From positions 224,001 through 288,000 of the forward strand of contig CAVZQC010000001.1 of assembly GCA_963777315.1 (NCBI GenBank): a stretch of 64,000 nucleotides of DNA. Reading direction: 5' to 3'. Positions 38,502 to 47,568 of the stretch are shown piece after piece (the first letter of the stretch is position 1; each line of letters starts with the position of its first letter). The notes below the pieces were generated by a model. That model worked only from the letters and a program-made list of their open reading frames with translations. It was not told where the DNA came from and did not search any database. A program made the translations under genes and the position numbers. This DNA is from Vulcanimicrobiota bacterium. GTDB taxonomy: Bacteria > Vulcanimicrobiota > Vulcanimicrobiia > Vulcanimicrobiales > Vulcanimicrobiaceae.

Positions 38502-39725
38502 TTATCGGCGGGCGGCTGCCATCTCCTCGCGCGGTGCGACCTCGCCTCGCGTCACGGCGGCCGGACGGACGAACGACTTGACGAAATCGTCCTCGTGCTT
38601 GGCCATGAGCCGGTAAAACTCGGGCACGTCGTCAAGCGTTCCGCGGTGCGTGATGATGAACGACGGATCGATGTCGCCTCGGCGTACGCGATCGAGCAGC
38701 GGACGGATGTAACGCTGCATGTGCGTTTGCCCGGTGCGAACCTGCAGGCCCTTTTCGAAAATCGTTCCCATCGGCATCTTGTCGATGAATCCGCCATACA
38801 CGCCGGGTACGGAAACGGTGCCGCCCTTCCCGCACGCTTGAATTGCCAGCCGCAAAACGTGCGCGCGGTCCAATTCCAAGCGCACGGACTGCTTGGCCTT
38901 ATCGATCACTGCATCCGGAGTTCGGCCGTGCGCCTCCATTCCCACGCAATCGATGCACGAGTCGGGTCCTCGTCCGCCGGTCATCTCGTGCAGCGCTTCC
39001 AGAATGTTGACTTCGTCGAAGTCGACCGGAATCGCTCCGGCGTTTCGTGCCATTTCCAATCGCTCCGGTATCCGATCGATCGCAATGACGCGTTCGGCTC
39101 CCAGCAAAAGTGCGCTGCGAACGGCAAATTGTCCGACGGGACCACAGCCCCACACGGCGACGACGTCGCCCTGCTTGACGTCGGCGTTTTCGGCACCCAT
39201 GTAGCCGGTAGGGAAAATGTCCGTCAGGTACAATGCGCGCTCGTCCTCGATCTCATCGGGAACCACTACCGGTCCGACGTCGGCAAACGGCACTCGAACG
39301 TACTCTGCCTGTCCGCCGGAGTATCCGCCGAACAAGTGCGAGTATCCGAACAATCCGGCGCAGGAAAACCCATACAGACGCTCGGCCATGCCGGCGTTGG
39401 GGTTGGAATTGTCGCACAACGCCCACTGGTCGCGCACGCACGGCTCGCAGTTTCCGCACGCGATGTTGAATGGAACGACGACACGATCGCCGCCGCGAAG
39501 CGTATTTACGCCCGGCCCCACCTCTTGCACGATCCCCATGAACTCATGGCCCAGAATGTCGCCCGGCTTCATCGTCGGCATCATACCGTTGTACAAATGA
39601 AGATCCGAACCGCACACGGCCGTGGCTGTGACTCGCACGATCGCATCTCGAGGGTTGAGAATCTGCGGATCTTTCACTCGCTCGACGCGCACGTCATGCG
39701 TGCCGTTCCAAACGACTGCTTTCAT
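38502..39725 (-). CDS. Zn-dependent alcohol/formaldehyde dehydrogenase (MDR family)
   Basis: CGSDLH, GHE, CGNCEPC...C, TDIFPTG, GCGPVG. Confidence 0.92.
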   Translation of the reverse strand: MKAVVWNGTHDVRVERVKDPQILNPRDAIVRVTATAVCGSDLHLYNGMMPTMKPGDILGHEFMGIVQEVGPGVNTLRGGDRVVVPFNIACGNCEPCVRDQWALCDNSNPNAGMAERLYGFSCAGLFGYSHLFGGYSGGQAEYVRVPFADVGPVVVPDEIEDERALYLTDIFPTGYMGAENADVKQGDVVAVWGCGPVGQFAVRSALLLGAERVIAIDRIPERLEMARNAGAIPVDFDEVNILEALHEMTGGRGPDSCIDCVGMEAHGRTPDAVIDKAKQSVRLELDRAHVLRLAIQACGKGGTVSVPGVYGGFIDKMPMGTIFEKGLQVRTGQTHMQRYIRPLLDRVRRGDIDPSFIITHRGTLDDVPEFYRLMAKHEDDFVKSFVRPAAVTRGEVAPREEMAAARR

Positions 39726-40093
39726 GCGTAACGCCTCCCGGTGGCGATCTCTCCGGTTTCCAGCAGCGCTTTAGCGCGCCGGAGCACTTCCTTTACGTCG
39801 TACTTGCCGATGCCGCGCATCGTGAGATAGATTTCCGTACCGCGGCCCGCGGGCGCATCGCAAATCTCCAGATTATCGATATTGGCCAGCTTGCGTTTTG
39901 ACTCCAGCGCCTGGATCATGCGATCGCGAGATTCGACGAACTGTTCGACGCGCGAGCGGGGCGCAAGCACCGTGGCTGCTTGCGTAATCGGCCGGCGCAA
40001 ACGCGCGCGCGCGTTGCGAGCAAGATATGTAAGCGTCAGCCCGGCTACGGCGCCGGCAGCCAGAAGCGTTACGGAAGTGTTCCGCTCATTCAT
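39722..40093 (-). CDS. Truncated SRPBCC/cyclase-like membrane-anchored protein
   Basis: APAGRGTE and LRRAKALLETGEIAT; family often sits upstream of this ADH type. Confidence 0.55.
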   Translation of the reverse strand: MNERNTSVTLLAAGAVAGLTLTYLARNARARLRRPITQAATVLAPRSRVEQFVESRDRMIQALESKRKLANIDNLEICDAPAGRGTEIYLTMRGIGKYDVKEVLRRAKALLETGEIATGRRYA

Positions 40094-40130
40094 GCGCCCA
40101 GTTTTCCCGTAAAATGGGTAATCCCACGGC

Positions 40131-41147
40131 ATGCGCTTGCCATCGGGCTATAAATCCGCCGGTATCGTCCTTGCCGGCGCGCTTGCCTTGCGAATCGCCT
40201 CTCGCTTGCTGCGCCGAGTCGATGTGCGCGATAAGGTCGCGTTCATTACCGGAGGCTCCCGAGGTTTGGGACTTGCGATCGCGGTCGTTTGCGCGCGCGC
40301 GGGCATGCGCGTGGCAATTTGCGCGCGAGACGCGCAAACGCTCGAGCGGGCGGCTGGGCAGTTGCGTCGCTACGGCGCGCAGGTTCTCGCGCTCGCCTGC
40401 GACGTGCGCAATCGTAGCGAGATAGAAGAGGCGATCGGCCGTACTGCGGCCGAGTTCGGCAGGCTGGACTTGCTGGTGAACAACGCCGGCACCATCGCGG
40501 TCGGTCCGATGGAATCGATGACTATCGACGATTACGCAGATGCGATGAGCACGCACTTTTGGGCAATGTACTACGCGGTGGAAAGCGCCCTGCCGGTCTT
40601 CGAACGTCAAGGCAGCGGCCATATCGCCAACGTGACCTCCATTGGCGGAAAAATCAGCGTTCCGCACTTGCTGCCGTATTGCGCGAGCAAGTTTGCCGCG
40701 GTCGGCTACTCGGAAGGGCTGCGCTCCGCCTTGGGATCCAAAAACGTGAGCGTGACTACGGTGGTGCCGGGGTTGATGCGCACGGGAAGCCCGCGCAATG
40801 CTTGGTTCAAAGGACAGCATCGCAAAGAATACACCTGGTTTGCGCTTTCGGACGCACTGCCCGGATCGTCCATTTCCGCCGGCGCTGCGGCGCGGCGCAT
40901 CGTCGACGCGGCCATGCGCGGCGATGCGGAGATCGTTTTGTCGCTGCCGGCCCAGCTGGCGGTGCTCGCAAACGGCATCGCGCCTCGGCTGGTGTCCGCC
41001 GCACTGAAGATCGGCGCACGGCTGCTTCCGGGACCGGTTGCAGGAACCTCGCAGCGCGTGCGGGGCGCGCAGAGCGCAACCGCGTTGACCGACTCTGCAC
41101 TGACCGCGCTGAGCAAGAAGGCGGAACGCGACTACAACCAAATATGA
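40131..41147 (+). CDS. SDR family oxidoreductase
   Basis: TGGSRGLG, NNAG, YCASK. Confidence 0.93.
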   Translation: MRLPSGYKSAGIVLAGALALRIASRLLRRVDVRDKVAFITGGSRGLGLAIAVVCARAGMRVAICARDAQTLERAAGQLRRYGAQVLALACDVRNRSEIEEAIGRTAAEFGRLDLLVNNAGTIAVGPMESMTIDDYADAMSTHFWAMYYAVESALPVFERQGSGHIANVTSIGGKISVPHLLPYCASKFAAVGYSEGLRSALGSKNVSVTTVVPGLMRTGSPRNAWFKGQHRKEYTWFALSDALPGSSISAGAAARRIVDAAMRGDAEIVLSLPAQLAVLANGIAPRLVSAALKIGARLLPGPVAGTSQRVRGAQSATALTDSALTALSKKAERDYNQI

Positions 41148-41151
41148 CGGG

Positions 41152-42459
41152 ATGGATTATCGCGCGCGGCGTGCCGCATTTGCTCGAGGCTTGCAGGACG
41201 GCGTAGCCGTCATTCCCGCCGCGCGCCGGCGGTACCGCAACGCCGACACGGACTACGAGTTTCGCCAAGACTCCGACTTCCAATACTTGACGGGCTTCGA
41301 CGAGCCTGATGCCGTGCTCGTTATCGCACCGCACTACGAGCGCGAACGCGAAATACTGTTTCTTCATCCCCGCGACCGCGACCAAGAGATTTGGACGGGC
41401 CGGCGCTTGGGCGTGCAGGCGGCGCCCGAGCGACTGGGCATCGACGCGGCGTATTCCCTCGACGAACTCGATGCACGTTTACCGCAGTATTTGTGCGGCG
41501 CGCGTCAGCTGTATTACGCGCTCGGACGTCACGATCGATCCGATGCGCGCATTCAGACGGCCCTTGAATCGGCCCGCACGCTGACACGCCGGGCCGGCCG
41601 CGCGCCGGAATCCATCGTCGATCCCGCGACCATTCTGCACGAACAGCGCCTGCGCAAAGACGAGCGCGAGATCGCGATCTTGCGGCAAGCTGCGGCTACG
41701 ACGGCGCTGGGATTTTCGGCCGGCATGGCGGCCACGCGAGCCGGTATGTACGAATACCAACTGGAGGCGGCGATCGAAGCGGAATACTTTCGCAACGGTG
41801 CGCAATCGGTCGCGTACCCATCCATTGTAGCCTCGGGCGTAAACTCGACGATCCTGCACTACACTGCCAACCGTAAGCGACTGGCGGACGGCGAGCTCGT
41901 ACTGGTCGATAGCGGCTGTGAGAGCGATTCATACGCGTCCGACGTGACGCGAACGTGGCCGGTGAACGGCAAGTTTTCACCGGAGCAGCGCGCCGTGTAC
42001 GAGGTGGTGCTGACCGCGCAGCTAGCCGGCATTTCGCGCGTCGTGCCGGGAGCGGGGTGCCGCGAATTTCACGACGCCTGCGTGCGCGCAATCACCGAAG
42101 GACTCATCGACCTCGGGCTGCTCGGCGGCTCGCTCGAGGAAAATCTGGAAAAGCGCCGGTACACGGATTACTTTATGCACGGGAGCGGGCACTGGCTGGG
42201 CCTGGACGTGCACGATGCGGGACGCTACCGCGACGAAACCGACGCGTATCGCGCGCTGGAGCCCGGAATGGTGACCACGGTCGAACCAGGCATCTACGTT
42301 CAGCAGGATCTGAACTGCGACGAACGCTTCAAAGGCATCGGCGTGCGGATAGAGGACGACGTGCTCGTTACCTGCGACGGCAACGAAAACCTCACGGCCG
42401 CGATTCCGAAAACGGTCGCGCAGCTCGAAGCGCTGATTGGACAGCGCATGGTCGCCTAA
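41152..42459 (+). CDS. pepP: Xaa-Pro aminopeptidase
   Basis: FRQDSDFQYLTG, DVTRT, HWLGLDVHD, TVEPG, RIEDD. Confidence 0.95.
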   Translation: MDYRARRAAFARGLQDGVAVIPAARRRYRNADTDYEFRQDSDFQYLTGFDEPDAVLVIAPHYEREREILFLHPRDRDQEIWTGRRLGVQAAPERLGIDAAYSLDELDARLPQYLCGARQLYYALGRHDRSDARIQTALESARTLTRRAGRAPESIVDPATILHEQRLRKDEREIAILRQAAATTALGFSAGMAATRAGMYEYQLEAAIEAEYFRNGAQSVAYPSIVASGVNSTILHYTANRKRLADGELVLVDSGCESDSYASDVTRTWPVNGKFSPEQRAVYEVVLTAQLAGISRVVPGAGCREFHDACVRAITEGLIDLGLLGGSLEENLEKRRYTDYFMHGSGHWLGLDVHDAGRYRDETDAYRALEPGMVTTVEPGIYVQQDLNCDERFKGIGVRIEDDVLVTCDGNENLTAAIPKTVAQLEALIGQRMVA

Positions 42460-42977
42460 TCGAAAACCCCACGCCGCAGCTCATCAGCGCAAGGCTGATT
42501 CTCGAACCGGTTCGCCCGGCGCATGCGATGGAAGCGTGGCCGCATCTGGACGACGACCGCATGTGGCAATACTTCGAGCACCTACGGCCCGCAACGTTGG
42601 ACGAGCTGCGACGCCGTTATGAGAAGTGGCAGGCAGGCCGCCCGGAATCCGGCGAGGTTTGGCTGAACTGGTTGTGTCGTCTGCGCGCGAGCGCTGCGCC
42701 GGCCGGCGCGATGCAGGCGACCATTCTTGTCGAACGACGGCTGGCGTATATCGCTTACGCTTTTTACCCCGAACACCGCCGGAAAGGGTATGCCCGCGAA
42801 GCCTGCCTCGTCGTCCTGGCGCATCTTCGCAATGCCTATGCGATAGACCGCGTTTTGGCCGAGATGGACTCGCGCAACGTGGCCTCGTATCGACTTGCCG
42901 AATCGCTGGGATTCACACGGGCGGCAACGCGCGAACACGAGTACGTCTACGAGTTACCGCTGCGGCGTCAAGGCTAA
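42456..42977 (+). CDS. RimJ/RimL-type GNAT acetyltransferase (start uncertain)
   Basis: ARLILEP, RRKGYAREA, NVASYRLAESLGF. Confidence 0.75.
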   Translation, partial: LIENPTPQLISARLILEPVRPAHAMEAWPHLDDDRMWQYFEHLRPATLDELRRRYEKWQAGRPESGEVWLNWLCRLRASAAPAGAMQATILVERRLAYIAYAFYPEHRRKGYAREACLVVLAHLRNAYAIDRVLAEMDSRNVASYRLAESLGFTRAATREHEYVYELPLRRQG

Positions 42978-43912
42978 GCGATGGCCTCTTCGATGGGAAA
43001 CTCGAGCGCTTCGAGATATTTTTCGGCGTCCATTGCAGCGCGGCAGCCGAGGCCTGCCGCCGTCACCGCTTGTTTGTAGCGCTTATCGTAAACGTCACCT
43101 GCGACGAATACGCCTTCAACGCTGGTCGTAACGCCGTCCGGCGATCGGATGTAGCCGGTTTTATCGAGCTCGAGTTGGCCGCGAAAGATTTCGGTATTCG
43201 GATCGTGTCCGATGGCGACGAACAGGGCCTGCGCCGGCAGCTCGAAACGGCGCCCTTCGACGACGTCGTACAGACGCAGGCATTCCAGCGAGTGGTGACC
43301 GACCGCTTCTTCCACGATCGTGTTCCAGACGAACTCGATTTTGTCGTGCGCCATGGCGCGGTCGGCCATGATTTTGCTCGCGCGCAAATGATCGCGCCGG
43401 TGAATCACGCTGACTTTGCTTGCGAAGCGCGTCAGGAAGAGCGCTTCTTCCATCGCCGAATCGCCGCCACCCACGACCGCAATGTGCTTACCGGCAAAAA
43501 ACGCGCCGTCACACGTCGCGCACGTCGAAACACCGCGCCCGCGTAAATGTTCTTCACCGGGTACTCCCAGCCAGCGCGCGGTCGCACCGGTTGCGACGAT
43601 TGCGGTCTTGGCTTCATGCTGCGCGTCGAAAGTCGAAATGACGAGCGGGCGCTTGTGAAAGTCCACCGCGGCCACGTCGACGTTTTCGATGCGAGCGCCG
43701 AAACGCTCGGCTTGTTCGCGAAACTTGATCATTAGGTCGGGGCCCATGATCCCCTCGGGGAACCCGGGGAAGTTTTCGACCTCGGTCGTAAGCATGAGTT
43801 GGCCGCCGTACATCCCCCCTGCAAGCACGAGCGGAGACAGGTTCGCGCGAGCGGCGTAGATGGCCGCGGTGAGTCCGGCAGGGCCGGAACCGATGATAAC
43901 GAGGCGTTCCAT
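42974..43912 (-). CDS. trxB: Thioredoxin reductase
   Basis: IGSGPAG, CATCDG, GGGDSA, HRR, YKQAVTAAG. Confidence 0.97.
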   Translation of the reverse strand: MERLVIIGSGPAGLTAAIYAARANLSPLVLAGGMYGGQLMLTTEVENFPGFPEGIMGPDLMIKFREQAERFGARIENVDVAAVDFHKRPLVISTFDAQHEAKTAIVATGATARWLGVPGEEHLRGRGVSTCATCDGAFFAGKHIAVVGGGDSAMEEALFLTRFASKVSVIHRRDHLRASKIMADRAMAHDKIEFVWNTIVEEAVGHHSLECLRLYDVVEGRRFELPAQALFVAIGHDPNTEIFRGQLELDKTGYIRSPDGVTTSVEGVFVAGDVYDKRYKQAVTAAGLGCRAAMDAEKYLEALEFPIEEAIA

Positions 43913-43965
43913 ACCAGGCCATTTCGACCGGTCCGGGGACGCTTCCGGTTGCACGAGGACACGCT

Positions 43966-44784
43966 ATGGCGCTTGAAGACGAATTCTGCGACGTCCTGAC
44001 CAAAGCGATGCGGGGCTCGGGCACGAGCGTTGCCGCTCTGGCACGCAGCATCGGAATGCCGGCCGACGCAATTGGGGCATGGGCGTCGGGTCGCAGCGTG
44101 CCGGACGAAAACGGCGCTCGAGCCGCAGCCCGCGCCGTTGGCTTAGACCCCGGCAAACTCGCCGATGCGGCCGCACAGCGCTGGCACCCCGAGGACGTTT
44201 CACTGACCGGCGTTCGGCGTCACGCCCAGCATCCGCATCCCAGCAACGGATACGTCTTCTTTTTGGACGGCGGCAAACGCGCTGCGCTGGTCGATCCCGC
44301 GGGCGTTGCCGCCAATCTGATGCGCATGCTGCGCGACGGCCGGTACCATTTGGAATACATTCTCATCACGCACAAGCACGCCGATCACTGCGATGCGACC
44401 GCCGACGTCGCCGCAAATTTCCCCGCTGCCAAAATCGTCATGCACTCGGCAGACGCACACGCGATCGGATCGCTGGCCGACAAGGCGCTGCGCGTGAAGG
44501 ACGGCGAAGAGCTGCCCTTCGGCGACATACGCATTCGCATGCTCCACACGCCGGGCCACACGGACGGCTCGACGTCGTACCTGTTCAAATCCACGCTGTT
44601 CACCGGCGATACGCTATTTGCCGGCAGCGTCGGGGGCGCGTACGGCGACGCGAGCACCTACAGCGATATCCTCAACAGCGTTCGCTCCAAGATTTTCTCA
44701 CTGCCCGACGACACGGTGCTCATGCCGGGTCACGGTCCTGCGAGCAAGGTCGAGTGGGAGAAATCCCACAACCCGTTTTTTTAG
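43966..44784 (+). CDS. XRE-like HTH fused to glyoxalase II-like MBL hydrolase
   Basis: N-terminal HTH-like segment; THKHADH, TPGHT, TGDTLF, PGHG. Confidence 0.8.
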   Translation: MALEDEFCDVLTKAMRGSGTSVAALARSIGMPADAIGAWASGRSVPDENGARAAARAVGLDPGKLADAAAQRWHPEDVSLTGVRRHAQHPHPSNGYVFFLDGGKRAALVDPAGVAANLMRMLRDGRYHLEYILITHKHADHCDATADVAANFPAAKIVMHSADAHAIGSLADKALRVKDGEELPFGDIRIRMLHTPGHTDGSTSYLFKSTLFTGDTLFAGSVGGAYGDASTYSDILNSVRSKIFSLPDDTVLMPGHGPASKVEWEKSHNPFF

Positions 44785-44821
44785 CCCCCGTTTACCGCAA
44801 CATGGGAATGCTTTATACGAT

Positions 44822-45616
44822 ATGCTTGCTTCAGTGATACTTTCCGCCGCGCTTGCGGCGACCGTCCCCGTTCCGGCGGGGATTTCCATACCGGCGACCA
44901 TGGTGTCGTCGGTGTCGTCCAAGACCGCCAAAGTGGGCGACACGTTTACGTTCCGTACCACCAAAAACGTGCGCGCGGGTGCGCTATTCGTGCCTGCGAA
45001 CACTCCGGGCGAAGGCGTCGTTTCCGCGGTGTCCCACGCGGCCGGCACGCGTCGCGGAACGCTCACGCTGACGCCGCAGCGCATTACGCTGGCGTCCGGA
45101 CAGATTTTGACCGTTGCTGCAGCCGGCGGCGGAGCATATGCCGCGCGCCGTCATGTGTTTGCGCTTCCCATTCCTTTGCCCGGAGTACTGCTCATCGGCG
45201 GAGTCGAGAATCCGGGACGAGACGTTACCATTGGACCCGGAACGGATTTTACCGTGGTGACGACGGCCGCGCGCAACGGACGCGCGCCGTCGGCGCGAAC
45301 CGTGAGACAAGCGCGCGCGGGCGCCGCGCCGTCTATTCGAACGGCCTGCAGTTCGATCGCGCCGGCTCCACGGCCGTCGAGCACGATCGTGAAGCGAAAC
45401 GGCGAACAAAAGCGGCGCGTGCAGAATGATGCAATCCAGCCGCTCCGGTCCAGGCTTGCACTCAAACGAACCGCTGCGCGCGGGGCACCGTGCACGACGA
45501 GCCGGTACAATGCGGAATTCGGTGCGGACGGCTGCAACGGCGCTGAATTCCACGGCGCAAGCAGCAGGGTGACGAGCGCAAGGGCGATCACGCCGGTCAA
45601 CGATAGAATTCCTTGA
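44822..45616 (+). CDS. Secreted hypothetical beta-rich protein (3' end doubtful)
   Basis: Signal-like N-terminus; SSKTAKVGDTFTF and VTIGPGT segments; low-quality Arg-rich tail after about 45270. Confidence 0.5.
   Translation: MLASVILSAALAATVPVPAGISIPATMVSSVSSKTAKVGDTFTFRTTKNVRAGALFVPANTPGEGVVSAVSHAAGTRRGTLTLTPQRITLASGQILTVAAAGGGAYAARRHVFALPIPLPGVLLIGGVENPGRDVTIGPGTDFTVVTTAARNGRAPSARTVRQARAGAAPSIRTACSSIAPAPRPSSTIVKRNGEQKRRVQNDAIQPLRSRLALKRTAARGAPCTTSRYNAEFGADGCNGAEFHGASSRVTSARAITPVNDRIP
45151..45600 (-). CDS. Secreted hypothetical protein (3' end doubtful)
   Basis: Signal-like N-terminus; GWIASFCTRRFCSP motif. Confidence 0.4.
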   Translation of the reverse strand: MTGVIALALVTLLLAPWNSAPLQPSAPNSALYRLVVHGAPRAAVRLSASLDRSGWIASFCTRRFCSPFRFTIVLDGRGAGAIELQAVRIDGAAPARACLTVRADGARPLRAAVVTTVKSVPGPMVTSRPGFSTPPMSSTPGKGMGSANT

Positions 45617-45839
45617 GTTGCGGGTTCGCAATCACCGTCGCTCCAGGTTCAGAGAGAGCTGGCCTCCTGTTCATCCTAGGCCGTTACGAGCGCCAAGTTT
45701 CGCCGTTCCCGCCGCTGCCGCGTTCGAGCCTCTGCCAATAGCCTTACGGAGCATACGGTTGACAGAACTGAAGCATCTCGCTAAATTTCGGAGTTGCACC
45801 TTCGCACAGTTGAAGAGTGCTGGCGCCGGATATTCGAGC

Positions 45840-46809
45840 TGCGGGTAGCCCATTCTTAAGTGGTAAGTCCGCAAGTTAGGCGGTCAACGCGGCGGCCCGT
45901 AAAGTGAAGTATGCCGCGTCCGGCGTGCGACCGTCAAGCGCCGAGTGCGGCCGGATGCCGTTGTAGAACTCGACGTATCTTCCGATTCCGCCTTGGCGAT
46001 CGCTTCCTGCACGGCCTCGATACAGAAATCGGTCGTGAGCGTATTGGAGAGGCGCCACGCGAGAATGCGTCGCGTTGCACAGTCGATAATCGCGAACAGA
46101 TACAAGAAGCCGCGCTGCATCGGGATGTAGCAAATATCCGCAGCCCAGACCTGGTCCGGCCGATCGATGGTCAGGCCACGCCAGAGATAGGGAAACACCG
46201 GATGGTCAGGATTACGCCTGGCCGTACGCTTCTTGCGATAGAGCGCTTCGATGCCCATCAGTCGCATGAGCTGCGCCACACGCCGGCGGCCGATGCAAAA
46301 ACCGAGCGCCTTGAGGCGATCGCGCAGCATCGGCGTACCCATGAATGGGTAGTCCGTGTGCAAATGGTCACTCGGCGCATCAACTCCAAGTCGGCTGCTG
46401 AAATTTCTGCCGGCACGTTGTATAGCGAACTGCGCGAAAGTTGCAAGAGATCGGCTTGGCGCTTTTTCTAAAAAATCGTTTTTCAGCGTGAGCTGGCCGA
46501 TCTTCGCATGTAATTTCTCGACGTCGACTTCCTCGGTCTTACGCTGCTTCCGTCGAACGCCGACACGGCGTTCTCCAGCAGCTGCGTTTTCCAGTTCGTG
46601 ATCTGATTGGGGTGCACGTCAAACTTTTTGGCCAACTCTGCTATCGTGAGTCCACCGCGAATCGCGAGCAGCGCTACCTTCGCTTTGAATGCCGGTGGGT
46701 GGTTCCGGCGAGAACGTCGTGCCAAGATCTGCTCCTTCTGAAGGCTCGTTCGCCTTGCGTGGAGCGGAGTCACCACTTAAGCCGCTTCCGGCTACCCGGG
46801 GCCACCTCT
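45840..46809 (-). mobile_element. Degenerate IS3-family insertion sequence
   Basis: OrfA RRNHPPAFKAKVAL...VHPNQITNWK; OrfB PDQVWAADICYIP...RPHSALDGRTP; imperfect terminal IRs CGGGTAGCC..CTTAAGTGG (45842-45863) and CCACTTAAG..GGCTACCCG (46773-46798); frameshifts and an internal deletion. Confidence 0.9.
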
Positions 46810-47076
46810 GCCCTCACGCACAGCGATCGATTCGCAGATCAGAACGCGTGCTAGCGGGAATTGAAGTGCCCCCACCCTGCGGTAACAAATTTCCCCCTTT
46901 TTCAACAGTGAGAGCCGAACTTTGGGCCATCCCTTGTTCGTTCCCCGCAGCCCAGCGTTTTCGGTATCCGTAATAGCTGGTCAAGCAGCACGTCACTCGG
47001 CGGCGTAAAAAGCACCCAAGGGCATACTAGCGGCTGGCCTTCCCGTCGGCGCACGCCAGGCGAGCGCGTGGTGTAT

Positions 47077-47535
47077 TCACTCTACCTCGTGATCGTCGTC
47101 CTCCAATGATTCGCTGGAGATCGCGGAGTGTTCTCGGGCGACGCTTTGGCCGCCCTCGTCTCGACAGTATGTGATGATCCATTTTTGTGATGCAACAACA
47201 ACGCGCTTCGCCGATGAGCAGACTGCATCCCAGTCGACAGATTCAATTACTTGGCTCTCCTTAGACGTTGATGGGTCCCAGCGATCTGCGACGGTGGTTA
47301 CAATTTTTAGAAAAGCTCGGAGAGAGGCGAGCTGCGCTGCAGAGAGACCATAGGAGCCTTCGCGTTGAGCGCAAAAGTACTCGATGCGATAGTCATAGAG
47401 CGACTCAAATGCCTCCCAGTACGAAGATGCTTCGGGACCCTGACCTTCAACCCACACGCGTTTCTGATAATGACGATCCGAAAACTCTCCAATGAGCTGA
47501 ATTAAGCCGCAAAGAGCATTGTAATCACCTATCAT
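47077..47535 (-). CDS. Putative immunity protein
   Basis: About 150 aa, AT-richer, directly downstream of the RHS C-terminal domain; SDRHYQKRVWVEGQGPE segment. Confidence 0.6.
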   Translation of the reverse strand: MIGDYNALCGLIQLIGEFSDRHYQKRVWVEGQGPEASSYWEAFESLYDYRIEYFCAQREGSYGLSAAQLASLRAFLKIVTTVADRWDPSTSKESQVIESVDWDAVCSSAKRVVVASQKWIITYCRDEGGQSVAREHSAISSESLEDDDHEVE

Positions 47536-47568
47536 TCGATCCTTTTTCCGATTCCGCCGCAAGCAGCC

